From NCBI GenBank assembly GCA_964572255.1, contig CAZNEE010000001.1, forward strand, positions 203,587 to 267,586: a stretch of 64,000 nucleotides of DNA, written 5' to 3'. This document shows positions 17,576 to 28,651 of the stretch, piece after piece. The translations under genes were made by a program, and so were the position numbers. The DNA is from an uncultured Planctomycetia bacterium (GTDB taxonomy: Bacteria; Omnitrophota; Gorgyraeia; Tantalellales; Tantalellaceae). Below the pieces are notes generated by a model. It did no database searches, was not told the origin of the DNA, and was given only the letters and a program-made list of their open reading frames with translations. How positions within the stretch are numbered: position 1 is the first letter of the stretch; each line of letters opens with the position of its first letter.

Positions 17576-18490
17576 ATGGATAAAAACAAAATCATATTTA
17601 TTTTAGGGCCTACGGCATCAGGAAAGACCGCGGTTTCGATAGAACTTGCCAAGAGGATCGGCGGCGAGATCATATCGTGCGATTCGATGCAGATCTACCG
17701 CCAAATGGATACCCTGACGCAGGCCCCCCTTAGCAGCGATCTTTTGCAGGTCACGTATCATCTTGTCAAAAAACTTTCCCCTGAAGAAGAGTTTAATGCC
17801 GCGCAATTTGTTAACGAGGCTTCAGGCCTCATTGAATCGATCCTTTCAAACAATAAAGAGGTTATTATCTCCGGAGGGACCGGTCTTTACATGAAATCCT
17901 TTCTGGACGGGCTTTTCCCGTCACCGCCTAAGGACGAAGACTTGAGAAAAGAACTGACTCTGGCGGCTGAAAAGAACGGGAATGAATATTTGTATAATAA
18001 ATTAAAGGAAGTGGATCCGAAAACAGCCGAGAAACTTCACGTAAATGATCTGCGCAGAATCATACGCGCATTGGAAGTTTATGAACTTGCCGGAAAGACA
18101 ATAGATGAAAAAAAACAGGAAAGCGAAGGCATTCACGCAAAATACGACTGTAAACTGTTCGGGTTAAAACTTGATAGAGAAGTCTTGTATGAACGCATTG
18201 ATCACAGAGTAGAGAGAATGATGGATGACGGGCTCATTAATGAAGTGAAAAAGCTGAGGGATCTCAATTTAAGCATGACGGCCGGCAAGGCAATAGGGAT
18301 CAGGGAAATATCGGATTATTTGGACGGGAAGATAACGATCGATAAGGCATTGGAGGAGCTCAAAAAGAATACGCGCAGATATGCTAAAAGACAGCTGACC
18401 TGGTTCAATGCCGACAAAAGGATCGTGTGGGTGAACGCGGACCGTGATATTACTAAAATAGTTGATGATATTGTGACGAAAATAGTGTGA
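17576..18490 (+). CDS. miaA: tRNA dimethylallyltransferase MiaA
   Basis: GPTASGKT, SCDSMQIY, GGTGLY and TRRYAKRQLTWF. ATG 17576 is preferred over the ORF-track start at 17504. Confidence 0.95.
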   Translation: MDKNKIIFILGPTASGKTAVSIELAKRIGGEIISCDSMQIYRQMDTLTQAPLSSDLLQVTYHLVKKLSPEEEFNAAQFVNEASGLIESILSNNKEVIISGGTGLYMKSFLDGLFPSPPKDEDLRKELTLAAEKNGNEYLYNKLKEVDPKTAEKLHVNDLRRIIRALEVYELAGKTIDEKKQESEGIHAKYDCKLFGLKLDREVLYERIDHRVERMMDDGLINEVKKLRDLNLSMTAGKAIGIREISDYLDGKITIDKALEELKKNTRRYAKRQLTWFNADKRIVWVNADRDITKIVDDIVTKIV

Positions 18491-18632
18491 ATTGTTTTGA
18501 GCGGGGCATCAAATCTACGAGCGGGCATGGTTCGCCATCGTTTAATTGCAGCGAGAGCGAGGAGATTTCTGAGGTCAATTTTCACGCTGGGGAAATTGAC
18601 CGTCCCTGCGATAAAATAATTCACAGTATTTT
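18479..18632. repeat. About 150-bp structured element with terminal inverted repeats (MITE/REP-like or ncRNA)
   Basis: 18479-18498 pairs 18/20 with 18613-18632; nested stems AAATCT/AGATTT and GGTCAATTT/AAATTGACC. Confidence 0.65.
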
Positions 18633-18644
18633 TAAGATAAGAAC

Positions 18645-19928
18645 ATGACAGTAAAACCAAGGTCGACAAAAGAGGAAAGAGAAAAAGCCGTTCTTGTTAC
18701 GGTCGAGGAGATAGGCAAGACTTCCTGGAAACTCGAAGATAGGATGGAAGAATTAATAGGGCTTGCCGAAGCATGTGATGTGGAGATAGTAGGGGAGGTT
18801 GCATGCAAGAGGAAGACCATAACTTCGAATCTGTATATAGGTAAAGGCAAAGCGCAGGAGATCGCCGATCTGGTCTCTGAGATAGGGGCCGGTGCAGTGA
18901 TCTTCAGCGACGATCTTTCTCCGTCCCAGCAGAAGAACCTGGAAGAGATCTTTAAAGCTAAGACCATAGACCGCACTCAGCTCATTCTGGATATTTTCGC
19001 GCGAAGAGCGACGTCAAATGAAGGAAAAGTCCAGGTTGAGCTTGCCCAGTTGGTTTATTTACTTCCGCGTTTAAGCCGCATGTGGCTGCACCTTTCAAGG
19101 CAATACGGCGGGGTAGGCACCAGAGGCCCCGGTGAACAGCAGCTGGAAGTGGACAGAAGACGCGTAAGAGAACGTATTTCGCGGCTTAAGAGATCCTTAA
19201 AGGACATAACCGATCAGCGTAAACTCAGACGTTCTCAACGTGATAAGTTTTCAATGCTCAATGTCGCGCTCGTGGGATATACCAATTCGGGAAAATCAAC
19301 GCTTTTCAACGCGTTAAGCTCATCTCATGCCAGGGTCAAGGACCAGCTTTTCAGCACGCTCGACCCGACAGTGCGAAAAATAACTTTACCGAATAATCAA
19401 TCTGTTCTTATCTCAGATACGGTGGGCTTCATCCACGATCTTCCTCATCACCTGGTCGAGAGTTTTAAGGCTACCCTGGAGGAGGTCGTTGGGGCGGATA
19501 TATTGTTCAATGTTATCGATATCAGTGATTATAAGATGATAGATCAGAGTATTGCCGTCAAGGAAGTGCTTGAGGAATTGGGAGTTTCCGATAAGCCCGT
19601 GATCAATGTATTGAATAAGGCTGATAAAATAGGCGATGAAAGGGAAATAAAACGCATTGCGGGAGAGTTCCAGAATCCTGTAGTGATCTCCGCGCTAAAG
19701 ATGGAAGGATTAACTGAGCTTACCGATCGAATTGTTAATTATATTCAGCGGGACATGGAAGATATTGAAATAACCCTGCCTCATAAACATTATTCACTTG
19801 TAAAACTTATCAGGGAAAAGGGCAACGTTAAGAAAGAAGACTATACCGACAAGGGCGTATTTATATCGGCACGCATCCCCAGAAAAATAAAATATTCCAT
19901 ATTCAAAAAGCTGAAAAAATCCTCTTGA
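18645..19928 (+). CDS. hflX: GTPase HflX
   Basis: LILDIFARRA, GPGEQQLEVDRR, GYTNSGKST, DTVGFI and NKAD. Confidence 0.95.
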   Translation: MTVKPRSTKEEREKAVLVTVEEIGKTSWKLEDRMEELIGLAEACDVEIVGEVACKRKTITSNLYIGKGKAQEIADLVSEIGAGAVIFSDDLSPSQQKNLEEIFKAKTIDRTQLILDIFARRATSNEGKVQVELAQLVYLLPRLSRMWLHLSRQYGGVGTRGPGEQQLEVDRRRVRERISRLKRSLKDITDQRKLRRSQRDKFSMLNVALVGYTNSGKSTLFNALSSSHARVKDQLFSTLDPTVRKITLPNNQSVLISDTVGFIHDLPHHLVESFKATLEEVVGADILFNVIDISDYKMIDQSIAVKEVLEELGVSDKPVINVLNKADKIGDEREIKRIAGEFQNPVVISALKMEGLTELTDRIVNYIQRDMEDIEITLPHKHYSLVKLIREKGNVKKEDYTDKGVFISARIPRKIKYSIFKKLKKSS

Positions 19929-19952
19929 CATTCCTATCATTCATGCTATAAT
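19925..19952 (+). promoter_or_regulatory. Sigma70 promoter of the hrcA-dnaK operon
   Basis: TTGACA-N16-TATAAT with an extended TG. Confidence 0.85.
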
Positions 19953-19979
19953 TTAGCACTCAGGAATAAAGAGTGCTAA
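19953..19979. promoter_or_regulatory. CIRCE operator (HrcA site)
   Basis: Perfect TTAGCACTC-N9-GAGTGCTAA directly upstream of hrcA. Confidence 0.97.
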
Positions 19980-20024
19980 ATTTCACGGCTAAAAAATTTC
20001 AAGTATAATTTTCAAGAGATAACA

Positions 20025-21086
20025 ATGAACAGGGTAAACACTAATAAGAAAGAAGAACGGAACCTCGAAGTTTTATCCAATATAGTGAGTTTGTATATTT
20101 CCTCGGCTATACCTGTGAGCTCAAAACTTGTAGCCAGAAACATGGCAAACCGTGTCTCCTCGGCGACCGTAAGAAATATCATGGCCGAATTGGAAGACAA
20201 AGGTTTTATAGAACAGCCCCATACTTCAGCCGGTCGTGTGCCGACAGATACGGGATATCGCTATTATGTTGATATGGTGAACCAAAAGATACAGGCCGAA
20301 CGGCAGAGAGCGAAGAGGCTTGCCGGCGAATATGCGCAAAAAATAAGAAGCATTGAAGAGCTTCTGGAGAAAACTTCATGTCTTATCAGCCGGGAACTTC
20401 ATAATGCCGGTTTTGTTATGCTTCCGAACGTTGAAAATCTTTATCTGAAACGTCTCGAACTTGTCAGGATACGGGCTAAAACCGTTCTGGCGGTACTCAT
20501 AACGATGACGAATGCCGTAAGGAATTATATTACCAGGCTTGAAAAAGACCTCAAACAGTATGAACTTGAAAGGATAGTAAATTTTCTTAATACAAATTAC
20601 GAAGATTCCATGATCTCGGATATTGCGGTTGACCTCAAGCGTATAGTGAAAGAGAAAAAAGAAGAAGATAAGGATGTTATGCATTTAGCGGAATATGCGC
20701 TTGATATTATAAAAGGCATTGCCGGCAGCACTCTTGAAAATGAAATATACCTTGAAGGATTGGATCAATTCATGCAGGAGCCGGAATTCCAGGATATCAG
20801 CATTACAAGGCACATATTAAGTATATTTTCCGACAGAAGCCACTTGTTGCATCTTTTACAGAAAGAACTCCCTTTTCAGGGGATAAAGATATATATAGGC
20901 AGAGAAAATCCTTCCGATATGTTAAGAGGGTGCAGCATTATCACTTCCGGGTACAGTATGCATGGAAGAACAATAGGCAGGTTTGGCGTTATGGGGCCTA
21001 CCCGCATGGATTATTGTAATGCCATAAGGACGGTGAGGTCCCTTTCGGACATAATAAGCGGGAAATTGGAAGAGATGAACGCGTAA
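20025..21086 (+). CDS. hrcA: Heat-inducible transcription repressor HrcA
   Basis: PVSSK, SSATVRNIMAELE, QPHTSAGRVPTD and GPTRMDY. Confidence 0.95.
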   Translation: MNRVNTNKKEERNLEVLSNIVSLYISSAIPVSSKLVARNMANRVSSATVRNIMAELEDKGFIEQPHTSAGRVPTDTGYRYYVDMVNQKIQAERQRAKRLAGEYAQKIRSIEELLEKTSCLISRELHNAGFVMLPNVENLYLKRLELVRIRAKTVLAVLITMTNAVRNYITRLEKDLKQYELERIVNFLNTNYEDSMISDIAVDLKRIVKEKKEEDKDVMHLAEYALDIIKGIAGSTLENEIYLEGLDQFMQEPEFQDISITRHILSIFSDRSHLLHLLQKELPFQGIKIYIGRENPSDMLRGCSIITSGYSMHGRTIGRFGVMGPTRMDYCNAIRTVRSLSDIISGKLEEMNA

Positions 21087-21097
21087 AGGCAATTCAA

Positions 21098-21640
21098 ATG
21101 AAAGAAAAAAAGAATAAGGAAGAAAAAAAGGACGTCAGTATTCCCGAAAAGGAATATGAAGAGCTGAAAAATAAAGCCGCCGAAAGAGACGAATATTATA
21201 ACAAGTGGCTGAAGGTGCATGCGGAATACGATAATACCCGCAAACGCATGGAAAAAGAAAAAATAGATCATTTGAAATTTGCCAATGAAGGCCTGGTTTC
21301 CAGGCTTTTTCCTATAGTGGATAATTTTGACATGGCGCTTGCCGCCATGGAGAAAGCAAAAGATAAAGCGGCTGTCATGGACGGCATAAAGCTTGTGCAG
21401 AAAGAGTTTCACAGGATACTCGATGAGAATGGTGTTGAAAAAATAAAGACTGTAGGGAAAACATTTGATCCGAATGTTCATGAGGCAGTTTCCGTGGTCG
21501 AAACAGATGAACATCCGGATGGTGTGATCGTTGAGGAAATTCGCAGCGGATATCTCCTGAACGGCAGGCTTTTAAGGCCCGCTCAAGTCAGAGTTGCAAA
21601 ACCAAAAGAAGAGAAAGAGGAGGAGGTAAACAATGGGTAA
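21098..21640 (+). CDS. grpE: Nucleotide exchange factor GrpE
   Basis: [17 protein letters not shown] and [14 protein letters not shown]. Confidence 0.95.
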   Translation: MKEKKNKEEKKDVSIPEKEYEELKNKAAERDEYYNKWLKVHAEYDNTRKRMEKEKIDHLKFANEGLVSRLFPIVDNFDMALAAMEKAKDKAAVMDGIKLVQKEFHRILDENGVEKIKTVGKTFDPNVHEAVSVVETDEHPDGVIVEEIRSGYLLNGRLLRPAQVRVAKPKEEKEEEVNNG

Positions 21641-23567
21641 AGTCATAGGCATTGATCTAGGTACAACAAATTCTTGTGTTGCTGTTATGGAAGGTAAAGA
21701 ACCCAAGGTTATCCAGAATGCCGAGGGGACGAGAACTACGCCTAGCGTTGTCGCTTTTACAAAGACCGGGGAAAAACTTGTAGGCCAGCCGGCAAAACGG
21801 CAGGCGGTGACAAATTCGGAAAATACGATATTCAGCATAAAACGTTTCATGGGTAGAAAACATTCTGAAGTTGCCGTAGAGGAAAAACTTGTTCCTTTTA
21901 AGGTGGATGAAGATTCTAATGGTAACGTTGTTGCCGTTGCTCATGATAAAAAATATACGCCGCCTCAGATATCAGCGATGGTGCTTCAGAAGATGAAGCA
22001 GACTGCGGAGGATTATCTTGGCGAAAAAGTCACAGAAGCTGTTATTACAGTTCCGGCATACTTTAACGATTCGCAAAGGCAGGCTACGAAAGACGCAGGT
22101 GAGATCGCCGGACTTAAAGTCTTGAGGATCATAAACGAGCCGACCGCTGCAAGTTTGGCTTACGGTTTAGAGAGAAAGAAAAATGAAAAGATAGCCGTGT
22201 TTGATCTTGGCGGGGGGACATTTGATATTTCGATCCTTGACGTCGGTGAAGGAGTTTTTGAAGTTAAATCTACTAATGGTGATACACATCTTGGAGGAGA
22301 TAATTTTGACCAGAAAATAATCGATTGGATCGCTGAAGAGTTCAAGAAAGAACAAGGTATTGATCTCCGTAAAGATAAGATGGCTCTTCAAAGGTTGAAA
22401 GAGGGGGCGGAAAAAGCGAAATGCGAACTGTCGTCAAATATGGAAACCGAGATAAACCTCCCCTTTATTACGGCAGACGCATCGGGCCCCAAACATCTAA
22501 CCATGAAGCTTACAAGGTCCAAGCTGGAACAGCTTGTGGACGATCTCGTTGAAAGAACGAAAAACCCATGCTACAAAGCGCTGAAAGACTCCGGTTATTC
22601 CGCGAGTGATATAGATGAAGTTATTCTCGTAGGCGGTCAAACACGTATGCCTAAAGTGCAGGAAGTCGTTAAAGAAATATTCGGCAAAGAGCCGCACAAA
22701 GGCGTTAATCCTGACGAGGTTGTAGCTGTGGGCGCTGCCATACAAGGCGGTGTCTTGAGCGGCGAAGAAGGGCTTTCGGATGTGGTTCTCTTGGATGTTA
22801 CTCCGCTTTCACTCGGCATAGAAACGTTGGGGGGAGTGATGACTCGCCTTATCGAGAAAAATACCACAATACCTACCAAGAAAAGCCAGATATTTTCAAC
22901 AGCCGCGGATAACCAGACAGCCGTTTCTATTCATGTTCTTCAAGGCGAAAGGGAGATGGCATCTGATAACAGAACCCTCGGGAAATTTGATCTAATAGGT
23001 ATACCGCCCGCACCACGGGGCATACCGCAGATCGAGGTTACTTTTGATATTGATGCGAACGGTATAGTCCATGTTCACGCTAAGGATAAAGCGACAGGTA
23101 AAGAACAATCCATCCGCATAGAATCTTCAAGCGGTCTTTCAAAGGAAGAAATAGAAAAGATGAGACAGGATGCCAAAGCGCATGAAGAGGAAGATAAAAA
23201 GAAGAAAGAGCTTATAGAGGCGAGGAACCAGCTGGATACTCTTATATATTCTACCGAGAAAGCCTTGAAGGATTTTGGCGATAAGGTTTCAGACGATGAA
23301 AAGAAAAAGATCAACGAAGCCGTGGAAGAAGCCAAGAAAAAGCTTAATTCCGAAAAAGCTGATGAAATAAAAAAGGCTCAGGAAGAACTTCAAAAGGCAA
23401 GTTATAAGCTTTCGGAAGAGATGTACAAGAGCGCTCAAGCCCAGCAACAGCAGCAAGGCGGACCCCAGCAGCAGGCCGGACAACAGCCGGGCGGAGAAAA
23501 GAAAAAAGATGAGGACGTTGTTGACGCGGATTACAAGGTAGACGAGGATAAAGACAAAAAGGAATAA
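21633..23567 (+). CDS. dnaK: Chaperone DnaK
   Basis: [34 protein letters not shown] and [10 protein letters not shown]. Confidence 0.98.
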   Translation: MGKVIGIDLGTTNSCVAVMEGKEPKVIQNAEGTRTTPSVVAFTKTGEKLVGQPAKRQAVTNSENTIFSIKRFMGRKHSEVAVEEKLVPFKVDEDSNGNVVAVAHDKKYTPPQISAMVLQKMKQTAEDYLGEKVTEAVITVPAYFNDSQRQATKDAGEIAGLKVLRIINEPTAASLAYGLERKKNEKIAVFDLGGGTFDISILDVGEGVFEVKSTNGDTHLGGDNFDQKIIDWIAEEFKKEQGIDLRKDKMALQRLKEGAEKAKCELSSNMETEINLPFITADASGPKHLTMKLTRSKLEQLVDDLVERTKNPCYKALKDSGYSASDIDEVILVGGQTRMPKVQEVVKEIFGKEPHKGVNPDEVVAVGAAIQGGVLSGEEGLSDVVLLDVTPLSLGIETLGGVMTRLIEKNTTIPTKKSQIFSTAADNQTAVSIHVLQGEREMASDNRTLGKFDLIGIPPAPRGIPQIEVTFDIDANGIVHVHAKDKATGKEQSIRIESSSGLSKEEIEKMRQDAKAHEEEDKKKKELIEARNQLDTLIYSTEKALKDFGDKVSDDEKKKINEAVEEAKKKLNSEKADEIKKAQEELQKASYKLSEEMYKSAQAQQQQQGGPQQQAGQQPGGEKKKDEDVVDADYKVDEDKDKKE

Positions 23568-24692
23568 ATGGCGAAAGACTATTACGAAACGCTCGGTGTG
23601 GGAAGAAATGCCTCGGCCGATGAGATAAAAAAAGCATACAGGAAGCTTGCCGTAAAATATCACCCGGATAAGAACCCCGGGAACAAGGAAGCTGAGGAAA
23701 AGTTCAAAGAGATCTCACATGCGTATGAGGTTCTCAGCGACCCCCAGAAAAGGACCCAATACGATCAGTTCGGTCCTTCGGTTTTTGAAGGAGGAAGGGG
23801 TTTCGGAGGGTTTGATTTCCACAATCCTTTTGACATCTTTGAAAGTGTATTTGAAGCAATGGGCGGCGGCGGGTTCGGCGACATTTTTGGTTTTGGTTCT
23901 TCCAGGCGCGGCGGAGCGCGGAGAGGACGTGACCTTGAGTACAACTTGACGATAGATTTCATGGAGGCCGCTAAAGGCGTCAAGAAAGAGATAAAGGTCA
24001 GAAGATATGAGAAGTGCAACGCTTGCGACGGGACCGGAGCAAAAGCTGGGACCGGTTTAGCCGCTTGTCCGACCTGTAAGGGGAAGGGACAGATCGGCCG
24101 GTCAATGCTGGGTATGATCTATAGCACGACCTGTCCTGATTGCGGCGGAGCCGGGCAGGTAATAAAAGAACCTTGCGATGAATGCGGCGGTAAAGGCAGG
24201 ATAGAGGTCTCAAGAAAAATAACCGTAGACGTGCCGGCAGGTGTTGATACGGGCAATCGCCTGCGTCTTTCAGGGGAAGGTGAAGCCGGGACTAAGGGCG
24301 GCCCAAGAGGAGATCTTTATGTTTTTATTGAAGTGAAAGAGCATTCTTTTTTCACCAGACGGGATAATGATGTTTATTGCCTTGTTCGGATACCTTTCAC
24401 GCAACTTGTTTTTGGAGCCGACATAAAGGTTGATGGCCTGGACGGCAAAGAGACCGTTTCTATTCCGGCAGGGACGCCTTCGGGTGAAGTGTTTCGCTTA
24501 AGAGGCAAAGGCATAAAGAGACTTGACGGTAGAGGCAGAGGAGATCAGCTTGTAAAAGTACAGGCTGAAGTGCCGAAAAAACTGACCGATGAACAAAAAA
24601 AGATCTTAAAGGAATTTGAAGCCAGCTTGGGAGGGAAGTCCGGTTCAGGGACCGAAAAACTGGTTGATAAATTCAAGAAAATGTTTAAATAG
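23568..24692 (+). CDS. dnaJ: Chaperone DnaJ
   Basis: J domain with HPD, G/F region and four CxxCxGxG repeats. Confidence 0.97.
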   Translation: MAKDYYETLGVGRNASADEIKKAYRKLAVKYHPDKNPGNKEAEEKFKEISHAYEVLSDPQKRTQYDQFGPSVFEGGRGFGGFDFHNPFDIFESVFEAMGGGGFGDIFGFGSSRRGGARRGRDLEYNLTIDFMEAAKGVKKEIKVRRYEKCNACDGTGAKAGTGLAACPTCKGKGQIGRSMLGMIYSTTCPDCGGAGQVIKEPCDECGGKGRIEVSRKITVDVPAGVDTGNRLRLSGEGEAGTKGGPRGDLYVFIEVKEHSFFTRRDNDVYCLVRIPFTQLVFGADIKVDGLDGKETVSIPAGTPSGEVFRLRGKGIKRLDGRGRGDQLVKVQAEVPKKLTDEQKKILKEFEASLGGKSGSGTEKLVDKFKKMFK

Positions 24693-24703
24693 GAGACAAA
24701 GCG

Positions 24704-24961
24704 ATGCCTACCTATGATTATGAATGCAAAAAATGCGGACATGTTTTTGAACTCTTTCAGAATATTACCGATGAACCCATAGATAGTTGCCCTGAATGCA
24801 AAGGGAAGGTTCGTCGCATTATAGGTACGGGTGCCGGAATAATTTTTAAGGGCAGCGGTTTTTATCAGACAGATTATAAAAATTCATGCCAGGCAGGTTC
24901 GAAAAAGATCGGAAACGCAGATAAATCACCATCTTGCGAAGGTTGCCAGAAAAACAAATAA
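24704..24961 (+). CDS. FmdB-family zinc-ribbon protein
   Basis: MPTYDYECKKCG...CPECKG...FKGSGFYQTDY. Confidence 0.9.
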   Translation: MPTYDYECKKCGHVFELFQNITDEPIDSCPECKGKVRRIIGTGAGIIFKGSGFYQTDYKNSCQAGSKKIGNADKSPSCEGCQKNK

Positions 24962-24971
24962 ACCTTATCAA

Positions 24972-25340
24972 ATGAAAAAACGCATTCCCGTCTTGATGCT
25001 CACAATAATGTGGGCGCTTATTATACTTATAGTTTCCGTTTTGCCCAGCGAAAAATACCCGCAGATCGACATAATAAATATAGACAAAATTATCCATTTC
25101 CTTGTATATGCTGTTCTTTCTTTTCTTGTATTAAAGAGCTTTCAGCTCAATTTTGAGATGACTTTTCCCCGGGAGGATGTTTTATTTACGTTGATATTGT
25201 GTATAGGATATGGTATTTTATTGGAACTGGTACAGTTGGTGATCCCGGGCAGGAATTTCAGCTTGATCGATATGGCATTTAACGCCGCGGGTGCTGTTTT
25301 TGGCGTTTTAATATTGAAAGGGACAAAATGGGCAAGATGA
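24972..25340 (+). CDS. VanZ-family membrane protein
   Basis: DKIIHFLVYAVL and ELVQLVIPGRNFSLIDMAFN. Confidence 0.85.
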   Translation: MKKRIPVLMLTIMWALIILIVSVLPSEKYPQIDIINIDKIIHFLVYAVLSFLVLKSFQLNFEMTFPREDVLFTLILCIGYGILLELVQLVIPGRNFSLIDMAFNAAGAVFGVLILKGTKWAR

Positions 25341-26614
25341 GACCTTTTAAAGGACTTTTGTACAATGCTGAGAAGATAGGGGGAGATTTCTCGGGCGTGG
25401 TGGCGCCTCCTTACGATGTTATACCGGACCGCATGCGTGATGAACTGTATGAAAAAAGCCCTTACAATGTTATAAGGCTCATACTGGGCAAGACTTCTGA
25501 TAGTGATAATGATGAAGACAACCGATATACGCGTGCTGCCAAGTTCTTCAAAGAATGGCAGGAAGAAGGCGTGCTTAGCAGAAACGGAAATGAGGCTTTC
25601 TATGTATATCTTCAGGAGTATGATTTTGAAGGCAAAAGTTTTAGCCGCATAGGTTTTTTTGGTCTTTTAAAAATAGAAGATTCAGAAGATGAAAAGGTAA
25701 TTCCCCATGAACATACGCTTGCCAAACCTAAAGAGGACCGCTTAAATCTTATAAAACAGGTAAAAAGCAACCTAAGCCCGATATTTACTATTTTTCCGGA
25801 TACCGATGGGTCAGTTACGGAAGTCCTGAAAAATAAGGCGAAGGCGGAGCCTCCCATAATCGATATTGAAAGGGAAGACGGAAAACATAAATTGTGGCGT
25901 GTTGCCGACAAAGAGTCGATCGAGAAAATCAGCAAAAGCATGGAAAATAAGAGTGTTTATATAGCAGACGGCCATCATAGATACGCGGTTTCCAAGACTT
26001 ACCGGGATATGCGCCGGAGTGAGCCGAATTATGACGGCAGCGCCGATTATGTTATGGTTTATTTTACCGACATGGAATCAGGCGATAATCTTGCGGTCAT
26101 GGCGACACATAGGGCGGTTAAGGAAATGCCCCTCTCCGGTGATAAAGAAGTGATAAGTAAGCTTGCGGATTATTTTGCTACTGATGAGTTTGATACTTTA
26201 TCCGAGCTTACACAGCGTCTTTACGAAAGCAGGGAGGACAGCCACATTTTCGGGTATTATGGCGGAGAAAAATTTATTTCTTTTAAATTAAAAGACGAGA
26301 ATGCGCTTCAGGATCTGATAAATGACGACAGATCGTTAAGCTGGAAGCAGCTTGATGTAAGCATACTTCATTCCGGCATTTTCAGGAAACTCCTTTCCGT
26401 CAAAGACGGCGAGGGGAATCTTACATACGTTAAAAAAGCCGAAGAGGCGGAAGAGTTAGTCAGGGATAAAAGCCACAAAGCGGCTTTTTTCCTTAACCCT
26501 ACAAAGGTAAGCCAGCTCAGGGCAGTGACCGAGCACGGTGAGATGATGCCGCAAAAATCCACTTATTTTTATCCCAAACTTTTAACGGGTCTGGTTATCA
26601 ATAAGTTCGATTAG
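25328..26614 (+). CDS. DUF1015 family protein
   Basis: APPYDVI, PHEHT, YIADGHHRY and MPQKSTYFYPKL. Confidence 0.9.
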   Translation: MGKMRPFKGLLYNAEKIGGDFSGVVAPPYDVIPDRMRDELYEKSPYNVIRLILGKTSDSDNDEDNRYTRAAKFFKEWQEEGVLSRNGNEAFYVYLQEYDFEGKSFSRIGFFGLLKIEDSEDEKVIPHEHTLAKPKEDRLNLIKQVKSNLSPIFTIFPDTDGSVTEVLKNKAKAEPPIIDIEREDGKHKLWRVADKESIEKISKSMENKSVYIADGHHRYAVSKTYRDMRRSEPNYDGSADYVMVYFTDMESGDNLAVMATHRAVKEMPLSGDKEVISKLADYFATDEFDTLSELTQRLYESREDSHIFGYYGGEKFISFKLKDENALQDLINDDRSLSWKQLDVSILHSGIFRKLLSVKDGEGNLTYVKKAEEAEELVRDKSHKAAFFLNPTKVSQLRAVTEHGEMMPQKSTYFYPKLLTGLVINKFD

Positions 26615-26623
26615 GAAAGGATC

Positions 26624-27463
26624 ATGGCTTTTTTTAAGAAAAAACCCAAGATATTTGAGGGGGCGAAAAAGAAAGAGATCCCCGGCGGTCTATGGACGAA
26701 GTGTCCCGAATGCGGTGAGGTCCTTTATAATAAGAAGCTCAAAGAGAATCTGCAAGTTTGTTCTAAATGTGATTATCACTTTCGCCTCGGCGCGTATGAC
26801 AGGATAGATATGTTGGTCGATAAAGGAACGTTCAGCGAGATGTACAAGGACATGGTAAGCAAGGATCCCCTCAGGTTCAAAGGTCCGTCTGACTACCCGA
26901 CAAAAATAAAAAAAGATCAAAAAGCCACGGGGCTCAAGGAAGCGGCTATTACGGGCGAAGCCAGCATTAACGGAAAAAGAGTGGCTTTGACTGTTACGGA
27001 TTCAAGATTTATCATGGGATCCATGGGTTCGGTTGTCGGGGAGAAGATCACCAGGCTTATCGAACATGCCGACAGTAACAAATTTCCGCTTATCATTGTT
27101 TCAGGTTCCGGCGGCGGAGCCAGAATGTATGAAGGGATGCTTTCCCTCATGCAGATGGCTAAGACCAGTGCCGCTCTTGACAGGTTCAATAAGAACGGCG
27201 GACTTTTCATTTCAGTTTTAACAAACCCTACCATGGCCGGTGTTATGGCGAGTTTTGCTTCGCTTGGGGATATAATCATCGCCGAGCCGAAGGCGCTTAT
27301 AGGCTTCACAGGCCCGAGAGTTATCCAACAGACCATAAATAAAGAACTTCCGGAAGGGTTCCAAAGCTCTGAATTTTTATTGGAACACGGTCTAATAGAC
27401 ATGATCGTCCATAGGAAGGATATGCGGGACAAGCTATCCATGCTTATGGGCTATCTAAGCTAA
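26624..27463 (+). CDS. accD: Acetyl-CoA carboxylase carboxyltransferase beta subunit
   Basis: LWTKCPEC...CSKC zinc finger, [27 protein letters not shown] and [11 protein letters not shown]. Confidence 0.95.
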   Translation: MAFFKKKPKIFEGAKKKEIPGGLWTKCPECGEVLYNKKLKENLQVCSKCDYHFRLGAYDRIDMLVDKGTFSEMYKDMVSKDPLRFKGPSDYPTKIKKDQKATGLKEAAITGEASINGKRVALTVTDSRFIMGSMGSVVGEKITRLIEHADSNKFPLIIVSGSGGGARMYEGMLSLMQMAKTSAALDRFNKNGGLFISVLTNPTMAGVMASFASLGDIIIAEPKALIGFTGPRVIQQTINKELPEGFQSSEFLLEHGLIDMIVHRKDMRDKLSMLMGYLS

Positions 27464-27539
27464 ATCTTATTGACTTTTCCCCTGATATATAGTATATAAA
27501 AGTGATATTTTACTATTATATTAATAACAAGGCGGTCGT

Positions 27540-28643
27540 GTGGCTCAGGTAAGCTTAAAGAATGTTTCCAAGGTTTTTCCCGGGGGAGTAATAGCGGTAA
27601 ATAACGTGGATTTCGGGGTTGAAAACAAGGAATTTGTTGTCCTTGTAGGACCTTCCGGATGCGGTAAATCGACCACGTTAAGGCTTATTGCCGGGCTTGA
27701 AACCGCCTCCGAAGGCGAAATTTTCATCGGTGACCGTAAAGTCAATAATATCCCTCCCAAAGATAGGGATATCGCGATGGTTTTCCAGAATTACGCTCTT
27801 TATCCGCATATGACCGTTTATGAGAACATGGCATTCGGTCTTAAACTCAAAAAGTATCCCAAAGAAGAGATAAATGCCAGGGTTAAAGAGGCGGCCAATA
27901 TACTCGGATTGGAAAAACTGCTTAACAGAAGACCAAGGGAACTTTCCGGAGGCCAGCGCCAGCGTGTTGCTGTCGGCAGGTCGATCGTTCGAAAACCCAT
28001 GGTGTTCCTTTTTGATGAACCTTTGAGCAACCTCGATGCCAAATTAAGGGTGCAGATGCGCACCGAGCTTCATCGCCTTCACATAAGACTGCAATCCACG
28101 ATGATCTATGTTACTCATGATCAGACGGAAGCTATGACGCTTGGCGACAGGATCGTTGTCATGAAAGACGGGATCGTGCAGCAGGTAGATACTCCGACAA
28201 AGGTATATAATTTTCCCCTCAACAAGTTTGTCGCCAGTTTTATAGGCGCGCCTCCGATGAATTTCATGGAAGGGCGGATAATCCAGAAAGAAAGAAGAAT
28301 ATATTTTGATGAAGGCAATTTCAAGGTGAGAGTCGTGGAAAGCATGTATGATGCCCTTGAAGATTATATCGGGAAAAGAGTTATAATGGGGGCAAGAAGC
28401 GAAGATATCTATGATAAGCTGTTTGTCTCCGAAGCACCCCCGGAAAACATAGTGACTATGACCTGTGAAGTTGTAGAACATTTGGGTTCCGAGGTTTACA
28501 TACATCTTAATACGGGAAAACATATTCTTATCGGCAGGGTTTCGGGTGATGCGAATCCTCAGATAAATCAGGATATGGATCTTGTTTTTGACATGAGTAA
28601 AATACACTTTTTCGACAAGACCACCGAAGAAACTATTATCTAA
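27540..28643 (+). CDS. MalK/UgpC/MsmX-type sugar ABC transporter ATPase
   Basis: GPSGCGKST, VFQNYALYPHM, LSGGQRQR, DEPLSNLD and a TOBE-like C-terminus. Confidence 0.93.
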   Translation: MAQVSLKNVSKVFPGGVIAVNNVDFGVENKEFVVLVGPSGCGKSTTLRLIAGLETASEGEIFIGDRKVNNIPPKDRDIAMVFQNYALYPHMTVYENMAFGLKLKKYPKEEINARVKEAANILGLEKLLNRRPRELSGGQRQRVAVGRSIVRKPMVFLFDEPLSNLDAKLRVQMRTELHRLHIRLQSTMIYVTHDQTEAMTLGDRIVVMKDGIVQQVDTPTKVYNFPLNKFVASFIGAPPMNFMEGRIIQKERRIYFDEGNFKVRVVESMYDALEDYIGKRVIMGARSEDIYDKLFVSEAPPENIVTMTCEVVEHLGSEVYIHLNTGKHILIGRVSGDANPQINQDMDLVFDMSKIHFFDKTTEETII

Positions 28644-28651
28644 ATTTTCCT

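Noticed and set aside
19953-19979. CIRCE inverted repeat as a novel element
   Set aside because: It is the canonical HrcA operator in its expected position.
23436-23490. CAG/CAA-rich run at the end of dnaK
   Set aside because: It encodes the ordinary low-complexity Q/G-rich DnaK tail.
27470-27500. Possible promoter (TTGACT) upstream of the ABC ATPase
   Set aside because: No good -10 hexamer at 16-18 bp spacing, in AT-rich sequence; too ambiguous to call.
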